DNA of 64,000 bases from Octopus sinensis (GCF_006345805.1 NC_043002.1:79980001-80044000), one strand, 5' to 3'; positions 37,786-49,541 are shown, counted from the first letter of the stretch. The notes: generated by a model from the sequence alone, not told the origin. Numbers and translations: made by a program.

Positions 37786-40283
37786 ATCAATTCAATGCAA
37801 ATATGGATCATTAACACCTAACCTGGTATCACCACCAAGCTAGCTTTGGAAGTAAGATTGCTAGTAATCCACCAAAGAGAAACATCAACCGTCAAAGGAT
37901 GAACGAATCCCCTGTTGCATATACTAATACCTAGTAGTAGCGTGCAGTGACTTCTTTTTGGCGTATAATGCGATGTAACATCACGGAACGAGGCGTTCTT
38001 TAGCCTTAGTTTTCGTTAACAAATATCTCTCAAGACAAAAAAATTTATACATGCATTTAGTGAATGCTGAGATAGATTTGCTGCCTAGGGTCATTGCTGT
38101 GATAATGAGAGTATTTGTAATGTTGAGCTGTTCTCGTCTCGAAATTCACTGGGACAATGCTGATAATTTTTAGAAGAAAACAGAGGCAAAATATTTGGTT
38201 TTACTTCTTTTCATGAAGAGTCTGTGTCTTATCTTTATATTTTCCACGTGATATATCGAAGGAAATTTGCAACGCATAGAGATTCGACGGCCTGGAGAAT
38301 AGGTGGGATAAGGATGATGATATTTTTATGTATTTCTAGAATTGGTGTTTATTGTGTTATGGGGGCTGGTTGATTTTCTAATTCTAAATATGCTTAGCAC
38401 ATAGGCGACATTTTGGGAGATTTAAAGTAGTTTCTTCGTCAGATGAAATAATGACGAATATCGATTGCTTCTAAATTCATCTGGGCAGTCCTTAAGTATA
38501 GAACTTATTGTTTGATTGAAGAGTCTAGAAAAGCTGATCTACAAATTGCTTGTCTCTACCAATCATGTCTGGCCATTTTAGCTCAAACAGCGGACGCCCA
38601 AGAACGCTCTCAGAAATTCAAATAATGAACAGAAATCATACGAAAATCTTATGATCATCTGCTGGAATGTAAAAACGACCATCGATAGCCTTTGTCATCT
38701 GCTTGTCATATGATGCAGAACAGCTTTAATTGCGTAGACAGCTTGTTTACTACAGATATTTACGCTCTATCTGATAGTCAACTCAAAGAAATATGGGAAG
38801 GATAAACATTTATCTGGAAAGGAAAGCAGTATATGAAATGAGAGATGTGGGCACCAACCTTCTCATTAGGAGCAAACTTGATGTATCTACAACGCGGAAT
38901 CAGCGAACGGTTTATGAATTTGAAAAATAACTTAATGGTGATCGTTTATCTATAATAATCATTACAAAATTATAATTACAGGCACGTAATGTATCGAGCT
39001 GGTACAGTCATTAGCATATAAGACAAAGTGATTTTCTGTTTTTCTTCCCAGTCATTACGCTCTGAGATCAAATCTCATCAAGGTTAACTTTACCATTTTT
39101 AATTTTGGAGTTTATAAAATAAAATACCCATCTAGTGCTGGGATTGATGATATCGACTAACACCTAACTCCTCAAGTCTACTAGCTTGATGCCCAAAATA
39201 TTATTGTCGTTGCTAAGAAAGTTGGGGGATCGTTTGAGAACCGGGAACAATATCATTCGTTCAGGTTCTTTATAAGTTTGAGACCCGCCAAGATAAAATT
39301 TGCTTTTCGTCTGTCTAAGTCTATAAAATATAGTAGCAGTTAAATAATAGGAAATAACCGATCTACCCATGATTCCTAAAATTCCGATCTTGAGCTTACA
39401 TCAGTAACAAATATTGTCAGTACTTATTCTGGGTAGTGATGAAGAACAAAATTTTATTTCTATAAGTCTCTTAGGACTGTCATTCCAGCCATCTCTAAAG
39501 AAGACTGAATCACAACAATGAAATACTTCAATGCATGTGTTAGCATCGATTGGCAGGGTTGGAACTGTGTTGTCAGTTAAGTGTAGAACAGATGGGAATC
39601 GTTGATTATAACATTGTTCAGCGGTTGCCTTTTTCATTCTGGTCATCCAATGCATAAACAGATCCATCATTTCGCAATCTGGATGCACCTTAGATCTAAA
39701 CTGAGAGGCACCCTGGTCTACATTATTGTCTGTTTGTGACATAAATGAATTGCACAGTGTGCAACACTGCTTGTTGTGGACTGCTGGAACGTTCACTGGC
39801 CAGGGTAAAGTTCAAGATCTATTGGGTGAAATGTCAAATTCCAAGACGTTTTGATCTGTCCTAGCTGTACAGCTTTGATGATCTGACTGCTTTCCATAAA
39901 AGTTTCCCCCATTATAGTGGACACTTTTTTGCTAGTAGGCGAACGTGACCCGTAGTATGAATTAGTTCAAAGCAAGGAAATGCCGGAATTGGTTTTATCA
40001 GATCTACAGAGCGTTAGTCGAGATCGTTATCAAAATGAATATGTCGGCAAGCTGATGATATAGCTTCATCTCTTACATGAACAGTAATAACATCGCAAAG
40101 ATACGTAAATATATCAGAGCAGAGATGCAGAGCTCTATGCATATTGTATGTGGCAGCTGGTGGTGTACATTTTCTGCATATATACAAACATCTGTAAACA
40201 GTTTTAACTAAATATAAGTATTACTGCGTCTTAAAGTAATCCGATAGATCTAAGGCATGTAACACATCTCCATTTAGATATTC

Positions 40284-40690
40284 CTTTACTTTTTTACTTG
40301 TTTCAATTATTTGAATACGACCATGCTGGAGCACCGCCATAAAGGATTTTAGTCGAATAAATCGATCCCAGAACTTATTCTTTGTAAGTCTAGTACTTAT
40401 CGGTTTTTTTTTCGCCGAACCACTAATGTAGGGGGACTTAAACACACCAACGTCTATTGTCAAGTGATGGTGGTGGGAACACCACAGACACAAAAACACA
40501 CGCACATAAATATATGCATATGTATACGACGGGCTTCTTTCAGTTTCCGTCTACCAAATCCACTCATAAGACTTGGGACGACTCGAGGTTATAGTGGAAG
40601 ATACTAGCCCAAAGTGTCTCACAGTAGGACTGAACCCGGAACAATGTGGTTTAGTAGCAAGCTTCTTACCACAGTGCCACGCCTGCGCCT
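40284..40690 (-). mobile_element. SINE family B, full length
   Basis: Reverse complement of the family B head and 3' part (acttgtttca...ccatgctggagcaccgcc...ttccgtctaccaaatccactca...ggactgaacccggaac). Confidence 0.85.
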
Positions 40691-40866
40691 ATATGGAAGA
40701 AAATATTCTAATTCTCATCCCACGAAAATGTCTCAACGCTAGAGTTGTTTCCAAGAATTATTTAGCAGAAACTTTACAATCAATCGAATGCAAACATTCA
40801 AAAGAGATCCATAACAGTCGATATGGAAAATCTGCATTGTTTGCAAGATCCACAGAAGACTATAGG

Positions 40867-40904
<38 letters not shown>

Positions 40905-40907
<3 letters not shown>

Positions 40908-41043
40908 TTCTGTCTACCAAATCCACTCACAAGGCTTTGGACGGTCCGAGGCTATAGAAGACACTAGCCCAAGGTGTCACACAGTAGGACTGAACCCGGA
41001 GCCATGTGGTTGGTAAGCAAGCTACTTATCACACAGCCATTCC
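40905..41043 (-). mobile_element. SINE family B, 5' half
   Basis: gtctaccaaatccactcacaaggctttgg...ggactgaacccggagccatgtggttggtaagcaagctacttatcacacagcc. Confidence 0.85.
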
Positions 41044-41207
41044 TAATAGTATTTTATAAGCTTAAAGTTTATTAGCGATCTCCACGCAATGACTAAAGAC
41101 TAATGACTAATAATGGGGTTTATAAGCCCTCGACGGAAAAAAGTATTCTCTTTAGTCATTGGGTGGTGATCACTTACTAGCATTAAGCTTATAATACTCG
41201 TACGCTA

Positions 41208-41666
41208 TCATTATTATTATTATTATTATTATTATTGAGTGAGAGAGCAGTTCATGCCATCAAAGTGACACTGGGGTAAAATATACGAAGCCCAATATAC
41301 CCATCATGACTACCCGTCTGATAAGGGTACACCAGGCACATGCATCACAACCATATGTGCGCGACATGGTGATCTCATATCAAGATAAACAGCACATGAC
41401 CTTGCAGGTGGGGCCCAGTTAGAAATTTCTTCAGGTTGAGTAGCCCATCCCGCTCAAAAGGTCTCTGAATAAGGGTTGTTTAAGGATGTTGAAATAACCA
41501 CCCATGTTTCCAGAGGTGAATTATTCCAACCCCAAAGAATCCCTCTCAACACATGGCTATGATGCTCCCTCACTACTTCTGCTCGTGATCAGAGATGCAC
41601 ATATCGTCAGCCACTAAGGGACATGCTCAACTTGTTAAGGTCAAACAACTGACAAGCAAATCTGTT
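41208..41666 (-). mobile_element. Unclassified ~430-bp retroposon/LINE 3' UTR with (AAT)n tail
   Basis: A higher-GC block 41236-41666 with sharp boundaries, ending on the minus strand in (AAT)n at 41208-41236. Recalled as a common Octopus interspersed repeat; not verified. Confidence 0.55.
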
Positions 41667-41825
41667 TATGTCCCCGTAACTTAGCATTTCGGCGAAAGAC
41701 GTCGATAAGATAAATATTGGGCTTAAAAAAACCCATAAGCCGTGAGATCGATTTGTTCGATTTAAACCCCCCAATGCGGTGCCTCTGTATGGCCGCGGTC
41801 AAATGACTGAGACAAGTAAAAGATA
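41664..41825 (+). mobile_element. SINE family B, 3' half
   Basis: tttatgtccccgtaacttagcatttcggc...tggccgcggtcaaatgactgagacaagtaaaaga. Confidence 0.75.
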
Positions 41826-41852
41826 CAAAATAAAATACGTATATACAGTGAG

Positions 41853-41891
<39 letters not shown>

Positions 41892-42030
41892 TAGAAAGTG
41901 AGAGAGAGATGGATCTTCTGCTAACTGTCCGTTTCTATTTACACAAATGTACTTAACTTCCAAGTCGTTAGATAATATATATTGTCTTTCGTCCTCACAC
42001 TATTTCATATTTTACTCCTGTTATAACAGC

Positions 42031-42230
42031 ATTCTATTAAAGACACAAGGTCCGAAATTTCAGGGTAGGGGACAAGTCGATTATATCTACCACAGTGTTT
42101 CACTGGTACTTAATTTATCGACCACCAAACGATGACAGCCAAAGTCGACCTTGTCGGAATTTGAACTAGGAACTTAAGGCCGACGAAATGCCGCTAAGCA
42201 TTTTTCCCGGTGTGTTAACCATTCAGCCAG
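42031..42230 (-). mobile_element. SINE family A
   Basis: cacaaggtccgaaattt...ctggtacttaatttatcgacc...aaagtcgaccttgtcggaatttgaact...ccgctaagcattt. Confidence 0.8.
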
Positions 42231-42654
42231 AGAAACGCTTCTGCTATGACACTGTCAGTTGCGGTCAATATTATCAAAAAGTGAAACAAAAAATAAATAA
42301 ATACAAATAAAAACAGTAAAATAAAACCATAACTCTTATCCATGGATTGCTAGGTAAAATGTCTATATTGGGCACTCACAATCTTTCACATTCCTGTTAT
42401 TGTAGTTTCATGAATCTAAAATTGAAAATCAAATATTGCCAACGTAGAATTACCAGGAAAACAATATACAAGCTTTTATTTACTGATATCAATGATTTCT
42501 GTTGCTTGCGTTGTTTTATGATCTGTATTGTATGAAATATATTGGCTAGAGAACGTGTGTGTGTGTATTCATGTACTAGTGTGTGCATACATATAGACAT
42601 GCATGTATGTATGTGTATATGTGTACATATACATTTATAAAATATATACATATA

Positions 42655-42820
42655 TAGGCGCAGGAGTAGCTGTGTAATAAGTAGCCTCCTTCCCAGCCAC
42701 ATGGTTCTGGGTTCAGTCCCACTGCGTGGCATTTTGGGCTAGTATCTTCTACTATGGCCTCGGGGCAACCAAAGCCTTGTGAGCAGATTTGGTAGACGAA
42801 AACTGAAAGAACCCCTTCGT
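42655..42820 (+). mobile_element. SINE family B, 5' half
   Basis: ggagtagctgtgtaataagtag...ttctgggttcagtcccactgcgtggc...gatttggtagacgaaaactgaaagaa. Confidence 0.8.
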
Positions 42821-42839
42821 ATATATATACATATATATT

Positions 42840-43041
42840 GTTGGCATCCTTTTTGTCTCGGGAGACAATGGAGTTGCGCATAAAATAATCTAGTCTGGCT
42901 TTTACATTTCATGTTCTAATACATCTGCTGTGGCTGTGTAGTCCTATACTGGACAAACACTCCCTCTGGCAGGTGCCGCAAATGTACCGACGACTTTGCC
43001 TGGCTGGTTGTAATACCATAGTTTCTTGTTGACGTCTTTTG
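42840..43041 (-). mobile_element. RTE LINE 3' terminus
   Basis: RYICGTCQRECLSSIGLHSHSRC (RTE C-terminal CxxCxRxCxSxIGLxSH) followed by ccattgtctcccgagacaaaaggatgccaac, with a tgtctc/gagaca stem-loop. Confidence 0.8.
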
Positions 43042-43078
43042 ATATATATATGTATATATGTATATATATATATATATA

Positions 43079-44323
43079 TAGGGGTTGCACAAAATAATGG
43101 AAACACCTAAAATTTTCAACAAATTTATTTTAATAAGGGATAAGACCACCTTTGGCAGTAATTACAGCTTAAATTCTACGAGGTATGGACTCATAGCAAG
43201 TTTGAATTGTTTCCAAAGGAATTTTTGTCCATTCTTCAGCTAAAGCAGTCTCCAGTTCTTGATGGCGGAGGATATTGACTCCTTTCTTGTTTCTTAAAAT
43301 GCACCATAAATGTTCAATAATATTGAGATATGGGGACTGTGGTGGCCAGATAAGATGTTCAACTTCACTAGAATGTTCCTCGAGCCATTCAGTAACAAAT
43401 TTAGCTGTGTGAATTGATGCACTATCATCCTGAAAGATAGCGTTTTCCCCCGGAAACAGTTCCGCAAGTATAGGACGAATTTGATCAGAGAAAATACTTC
43501 AATAGACTTGACAATTAATTCTGCCATGTAGGAAAACCATTGGGCCGGTGGATTTCCAAATTACAGCCACCCAGATCATCACAGATCTTCCTCGATGTCT
43601 AACAGTTGGAAGAAGGTAGTCTGAGTCAAATGCTTCTTTTGGCTGTCTCCATATGTATACTCGGACGGTGGTCGTAAATAATGTAAAGGATGATTAATCT
43701 GAGAAAATAACATTCTTCCACCGCGCTAGGGATCAATTCTGTAGGTTTTTACTTCACTCTTAACGCTTTGCAACGTTTGTTTTTGAAAGCAGTGGTTTTC
43801 TGATTGCAGCCCTCCCGTGAAATCCGGGTTTGTGCAGCTCCCGCCGAACAGATTTTGCGGAAACTGGGTTCTTGAGTTGGTCATTAAGCTCTGCAGTAAT
43901 TTTGGAAGCTGTATCTTTGTGATCCTTTCTAACAATTCGCGTATAAGTCCGACGGTCACTATCTTTGGTTTTTCTTCCGGAGATTTGCTTCGACGAGGTT
44001 TTTCTCTCTTTTTCAAAGGCTGTCATTACTTTCGAGACAGTACTTTTTGATAGACCAAACATTTTGGCTGTTTTTTGTTACGCTAGCGCCTGCTATACGA
44101 GCACCAGCAATTTGACCTTTTTGAAAGTCGGTAGATTCGTTATTTTAATGAATTTTAATTACCTTTTTCTGATGATATCTGAAAATAGCAATTTTAGCAA
44201 AGCATATTAAGCAACTCAAATAATAAATAAAAAAACATAAAAATAAACAAGCTGTGACGGTTTTATAGATATTCAAAATTATGATGTTATGATGCTAGGT
44301 GTTTCCATTATTTTGTCCAACCA

Positions 44324-44326
<3 letters not shown>
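43079..44326 (-). mobile_element. Full-length DD36E (Incomer-like) Tc1/mariner transposon, ~1.25 kb, 30-bp TIRs
   Basis: TIRs taggggttgcacaaaataatggaaacacct (43079-43108) and aggtgtttccattattttgtccaaccactg (44297-44326), 3 mismatches, in (TA)n. Confidence 0.9.
43130..44143 (-). pseudogene. DD36E transposase, disrupted
   Basis: DFQKGQIAGARIAGASVTK, GFHGRAAIRKPLLSK, VIFSD*SSFTLF, PTVRHRGRSVMIW, FQDDSASIHTAKFVTEWLEEHSSEVEHLIWPPQSPYLNIIEHLW (36 residues from the second D to E), stop 43130-43132. Confidence 0.88.
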
Positions 44327-44391
<65 letters not shown>

Positions 44392-44442
44392 ATGGTGTGG
44401 GTGTGTGTGTCTGTGTTTGTCTCTCTCTCTCTCTCTCTCTAC

Positions 44443-44502
<60 letters not shown>

Positions 44503-44726
44503 CATGCATACACTTACATCTAATGTGATGGACGCGTCCTACGCCCGCACGAAATTTTAGGCTACAAATAACTGCGTCGAACCGTTATCAATATGAGTGT
44601 GTATCTGTGTGCGTGCGTATGTGTGATGATGGATGGATGTACATATTACATACACATGCATCAAAATATGGATGAATATAAATATCCCATTAAATGTGTA
44701 CATCTACATGTGTTTTTTTTTTGTTC

Positions 44727-44757
<31 letters not shown>

Positions 44758-45299
44758 CACACACACATTCGTACATTTACACATGCGTATATACATATAC
44801 GTATATCTATGCATTCATATATATGAACGTATATAAATCTACATCTACATACGCATGAGACATATACACATCTATTCACACACACACACATATGTGCACA
44901 CAGACACAAATATATTCGTTGTCTCTTGTGTGTGCACAAAGATGTACGACTGCGGTTGTGAAGTTTAGAGGTCCTCGTTGACAATCATTCTCCAGTCTGC
45001 TTCCAGTGTAATAGTTAAGCATCTACTACACTTAGTAATAATACTAGTTATGATATACCAGTCAAATGTTAGAGAAAATACAATGACCAAGAGTTTATGT
45101 TATTAGTTCCAATACACGTTTCCTCCTTGTGGCTGTTTGGAAATTTGAAATCCATATTCTAACCAGATTAGTTCTGTATATCACAGCGCGATAAGGTGCT
45201 CCATGATGATTCGTGGGTTTAAATCGTTCCTTTTTACATTTATTATCTTTTGCAGAAAATGATAATATAAACTTATCGTAATTACTCATATAAATAGTG

Positions 45300-45612
45300 A
45301 CTGACACTCGTTCAGTTACGAAAACGAGGGTTCCAGTTGATCCGATTAACGAAAATGTTTGCTCGTGAAATTAACGTGCAAGTGGCTGAACACACCATAA
45401 ACACTCGTACACTTAATGTAGTTCTGAAGGAGATTCAGCGTAACACAGCATGTGACAAGGTTCATCTTTGAGTTACAGGTAAACTCATTTTTGCAAGCTG
45501 AGTAGACTGAAGCAACGGGAAAAATAGTGTCATGCGCTGTTTTTTTTTTTCTTTCAGCTCATGAACTTGCGATCTTGAGACGATTACCCTAATCACTAAG
45601 CCACGCACCTTC
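45300..45612 (-). mobile_element. SINE family C
   Basis: Reverse complement of gtgcgtggcttagtgattaggg...ccgttgcttcagtctactcagcttgcaaaaatgagt...tcacatgctgtgttacgctgaatctcc...tcaactggaaccctcgt. Confidence 0.7.
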
Positions 45613-45627
45613 ACCATGTAAGTATAA

Positions 45628-45675
<48 letters not shown>

Positions 45676-45717
45676 CACAAGCACACACTCTAAGATATAC
45701 ATATATATATACATAAA

Positions 45718-45790
<73 letters not shown>

Positions 45791-45794
<4 letters not shown>

Positions 45795-46190
45795 TGACGT
45801 ATTTTTGCCATTTCAATATGGCTAACCCCTAAGGGTGGATGCTACTGTAGTTTTTAGCCCCAGGAGGACACACTCCTCCAGCTGGCCATAGACACACTAT
45901 CTGTGTCCTGTCAGTATTTGCAAAGGGAAGTCATCCTTCCCGTCTTCAACTTATGATACACACGGACTCGAGTTTCGAGGTATTGACCTCTCGTCAGCGT
46001 GTGACAATCATAGTTGTCGCCGAGAATTAGATTTCCTTCACAAATACTTATACTTTTTCCAGCGCCCACTGTCGCTGATATTGAAAAGTGAAATCAAACA
46101 ATGATAAATATCAAAGTGAGTTATATACAGTAGCGGTAACACATCGTGACGTATTTTTGCCATTTCAATATGGCTAACCCCTAAGGGTGG

Positions 46191-46192
<2 letters not shown>
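45791..46192 (-). mobile_element. Retrozyme-like non-coding retroelement: 352-bp unit plus 50-bp direct terminal repeat, with an internal hammerhead
   Basis: Identical 50-mers atcgtgacgtatttttgccatttcaatatggctaacccctaagggtggat at 45791-45840 and 46143-46192. Both flanks are (TA)n. Canonical HHR inside; no recognisable protein. Confidence 0.8.
45948..46015 (-). ncRNA. Canonical type I hammerhead ribozyme with extended bulged stem I
   Basis: Minus strand AACUAUGAU-UGU-CACACG / CUGACGA / GAGGU-CAAU-ACCUC / GAAA / CUCGAG-UC / CGUGUG-U-AUCAU-A-AGUU. All core residues conserved; GUC cut predicted between 45965 and 45964. Confidence 0.92.
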
Positions 46193-46250
<58 letters not shown>

Positions 46251-46804
46251 CATACATACATACATACATACGTATATATATTTGTTTATATATAGATATG
46301 TATACAGTTATGTTATATTCTAGTAAGAACGTAGTAGTGTACAGTATAAAGCTCGCCCACCTTCAGATTGCAGCCTGTGCTAACCAGTTGTAGTATTATA
46401 TGTCATTTCAGATTTGCATTTGCTCATCTGTCAACAAGAATGGGTAGGGTTGGACATTTACTATCACTACAATTGTTTCCACGCAACATAGTTCTCCAGG
46501 CGTGCAGGTACTTCATTATGATTAACCGATTCCCTGCATTTCGAGATTTAGTTGTGTTTCCTCTGGCGACATGTAAATATTGTCTCCGTAAGTTCAAATT
46601 CTCGGCTTCAAGAGCATCCTCTCTGTCTGTCGTCGCCTGAATTTGGTAGCAGAAAGTGAGTTTAACAAAGTGTGTTGTTGCTTAGGTACTGTGGGCAAAC
46701 TGCTTTGAATGTGTAGAAGTAGTAGTAGGGTGGTTCTGCTACAGTTAAAACCATACCCCTTCATGTTGACACCCAATTTTTACAATTATATATATGTATA
46801 TATA

Positions 46805-46925
46805 TATCACGTGATCACGTGGCCGACCAGACCATCAGATGTTGTTACATATCGCTGGTCACAATGCGTTCGCATTGTTTTAGCCTTCGAATGACGCCAC
46901 CCCGCTGGCTAAGCGAGCAGGCCAT
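46805..46925 (-). mobile_element. SINE family D, 3' part
   Basis: Reverse complement of cctgctcgcttagccagcggggtggcgtcatt.gaaggctaaaacaat...gaccagcgat.tgta.caacatctgat.gtctggtc, matching 13120-13223. Confidence 0.85.
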
Positions 46926-46932
46926 GTATATA

Positions 46933-48218
46933 CGAGGGGCGTTCAAGTAATGCCCCTGACCCACTTCCCATAGGAGTAGAGCAACGAAACTTGGCACAGT
47001 TATTAGTCTTTTTCTACATAGGAACCACCCAGAGTTACGCATTTCTCCCATTGTTTGATGCAGCTCTGGAGACCGTTTTTATAGAAGACCCCAGCTTGGT
47101 CCTCCAACCTGAACGCGACTTCAGAAATCAAGGTTGCATCATCTGGGAAACGCTTTCCTTTCAAAAACAACTTCATGGCTGGGAAGAGATGAAAATCAGA
47201 GGGTGCAAGGTCAGGAAAGTAGGGGGATGGGGGAAGAGTTCATAGCCATACGCCTGTGCTTCTGATCTGGCGACAAGCGAGTTGTGGACCGGAGCGTTGT
47301 CCTGCAGGAGGAGGATGCCTTTGCTAATCTTGCCCCGCCTCTTGATTTTGATAACTTCTCTTAATTTCCTCAAAAGTGAAGCATAATAGGCTCCTGCAAT
47401 TGTGGTACCCTTTGCCAGGAAATCTGTCATCACTACTCCGTCCTGGTCCCAGAAGACTGTGAGCATGACCTTGCCAGCGGAGGGCTGCACCCTTGCCTTC
47501 TTTGGAGGGGGTGAGTCACGGTGCTTCCACTGCATTGACTGGGCTTTGGTCTCTGGATCATCGTGATGGACCCAGGTTTCATCCTGTGTAATCAGTCTTT
47601 TGAAAAATTTTGACTCATCTTCTTGGCACATCTCCAAATTCACCCTCGAGCACTCGGCGCGTTCTTGCTTCTGGAAAGGCGTGAGCAACCTGGGAATCCA
47701 TCTGGCAGATACCTTTTGCATATGCAAATGGTCATGAATGATAGTTTGCACAGACCCGGTACTAATCTTGACCTCATGGGCTATTTGGCGAATAGTTAAG
47801 CGTCGATCTTCCAAAATGGCAGCCTCAACTTGACGGACAGATGCCTCATCAATGGCAGAAGGGGGCGACCAGATCTGGGAGCTGTTTCCACAGAGTTCCG
47901 ACCATGTTTGAATTCACGATGCCAGCGTTTTACAAGGTCATATGATGGGACATCATCACCATAAGTTACTTTCATTTCATCAAAAGTCTCCCGTGGTGTG
48001 CGTCCTTTCAAATACAAAAACCGGATCACTGCTCGACACTCAACAGGTTCCATTTAACACTTGACTCGGTTCAAACACATGTAAATCAGAAACCACAATT
48101 AATTCAGTGCTGTAATTTGCCACTTACTCTATAGAGATATAAATGATTGCACATGCAAAATCAGCTAGATCAAACAACTGCAAGTGGGTCAGAGGCATTA
48201 CTTATTGAACGTCCCTCG
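46933..48218 (-). mobile_element. Full-length mariner (DD34D, irritans-like), 1286 bp
   Basis: TA-flanked TIRs cgaggggcgttcaagtaatgcccctgacccactt and aagtgggtcagaggcattacttattgaacgtccctcg. Confidence 0.95.
47003..48053 (-). pseudogene. Mariner transposase with two frameshifts
   Basis: MEPVECRAVIRFL...APRSGRP, SARWIPRLLT, ITQDETWVHH, LLQDNAPVH...HPP/YFPDLAPSDFHLF (34 residues D to D), ends GGSYVEKD*. Frameshifts near 47830 and 47220. Confidence 0.93.
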
Positions 48219-48238
48219 TATATATATGTATATATATG

Positions 48239-48269
<31 letters not shown>

Positions 48270-49023
48270 ATGTGAGTGTGTGTGTGTATGTGTGTGTGTG
48301 TTTATGTATATAGATAGATAGGTATACATACATACATGTATATTTATACGAATCGTCGTGTTTTCATCCAAAATGGAGACGAACACCATTCCTCTATCTG
48401 ATCGGCTTACAGAATTGTTAAGAGATTAAGATACTTTCTTAACATGAAACCAATGGTAGCTTTAATACACAAATAAAGAAAGTTTCTCGACCAATGGGGT
48501 GTTGAGCACTCGTTCTCATTGTTCGACATTTACGTATATATTGTGTGTGTGTGTTTGTGTTTGTTTGTTTGTGTGTGTGTGTGTGTGTGTAACTTGAGTT
48601 CACGCTGACAATCACGTTGAAGAATTGTTGCTCCTGTTCTACTGTCTGTGATGCAGAAGCTTTAAATTATAATAGTATTTTTTTAGTCCAGTACATTGCA
48701 TTCTTACAACGAGACATTTAATTGTTAATACAGAATTACAAAAGTCAACTGACAACAGCAAAATTTACATTCATACATGTATGCTTTGCAATATTACTAT
48801 ATATCTAACGTTTCTTATTGATATGCAGTTTTCTAGCTGCATGCTGATCTCCAGTTGCGAGCATATTACTTGTTTGTCCTAGTAACAATTACGTTTAGAA
48901 GTACTGCTCTGTATGATTTGCTCAAACAATAACTGATACTTAACTACGATTATTCGCATAAGGTTAAGTTTAATAATCTTTCTGTCTATATCTCCGATAG
49001 ACTCCTTCGTATTCTTTCTCACT

Positions 49024-49061
<38 letters not shown>

Positions 49062-49499
49062 ACACACACACAAACACACAAGCACAGATATATATATATA
49101 TATATATATATATATCTATATATATATCGAGAGAAGAGGCAGACGGGACTAAATATGTATTTGAATATAAATGCAAGTTAAATACGCTGATGGTTGCAAA
49201 AAAAGCAACGCTGTTTATTGGAAATCGGAACATTTTAGTTTTAATGAATACACATTATTGCCATTATGTTAAACAGTGGTATGTCCAAATTTGTCCAAAT
49301 GCGTTTTATTCAATATTTATTTTTGCTTGCTTGCAATAGCCGGTTCTTTTGGTGAAACTATAGTATCTCCAGCTGCTTCAGATGCCAACATATCAAAATT
49401 TGTCCAAGTGCAGTACAACGGTTTCGCTATTTTTCGTTTTCGGAAAAAGCAACATTGGGCCGTACGACAACATGTATATATATATATATATTATATATA

Positions 49500-49541
<42 letters not shown>

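Noticed and set aside
38560-40000. Possible Gypsy pol fossil on the minus strand (VLHHYP...TDVS, GRFYIPADDHK, NGGNF)
   Set aside because: The motifs are short, degenerate and irregularly spaced. A frameshift-aware search against GyDB would be needed.
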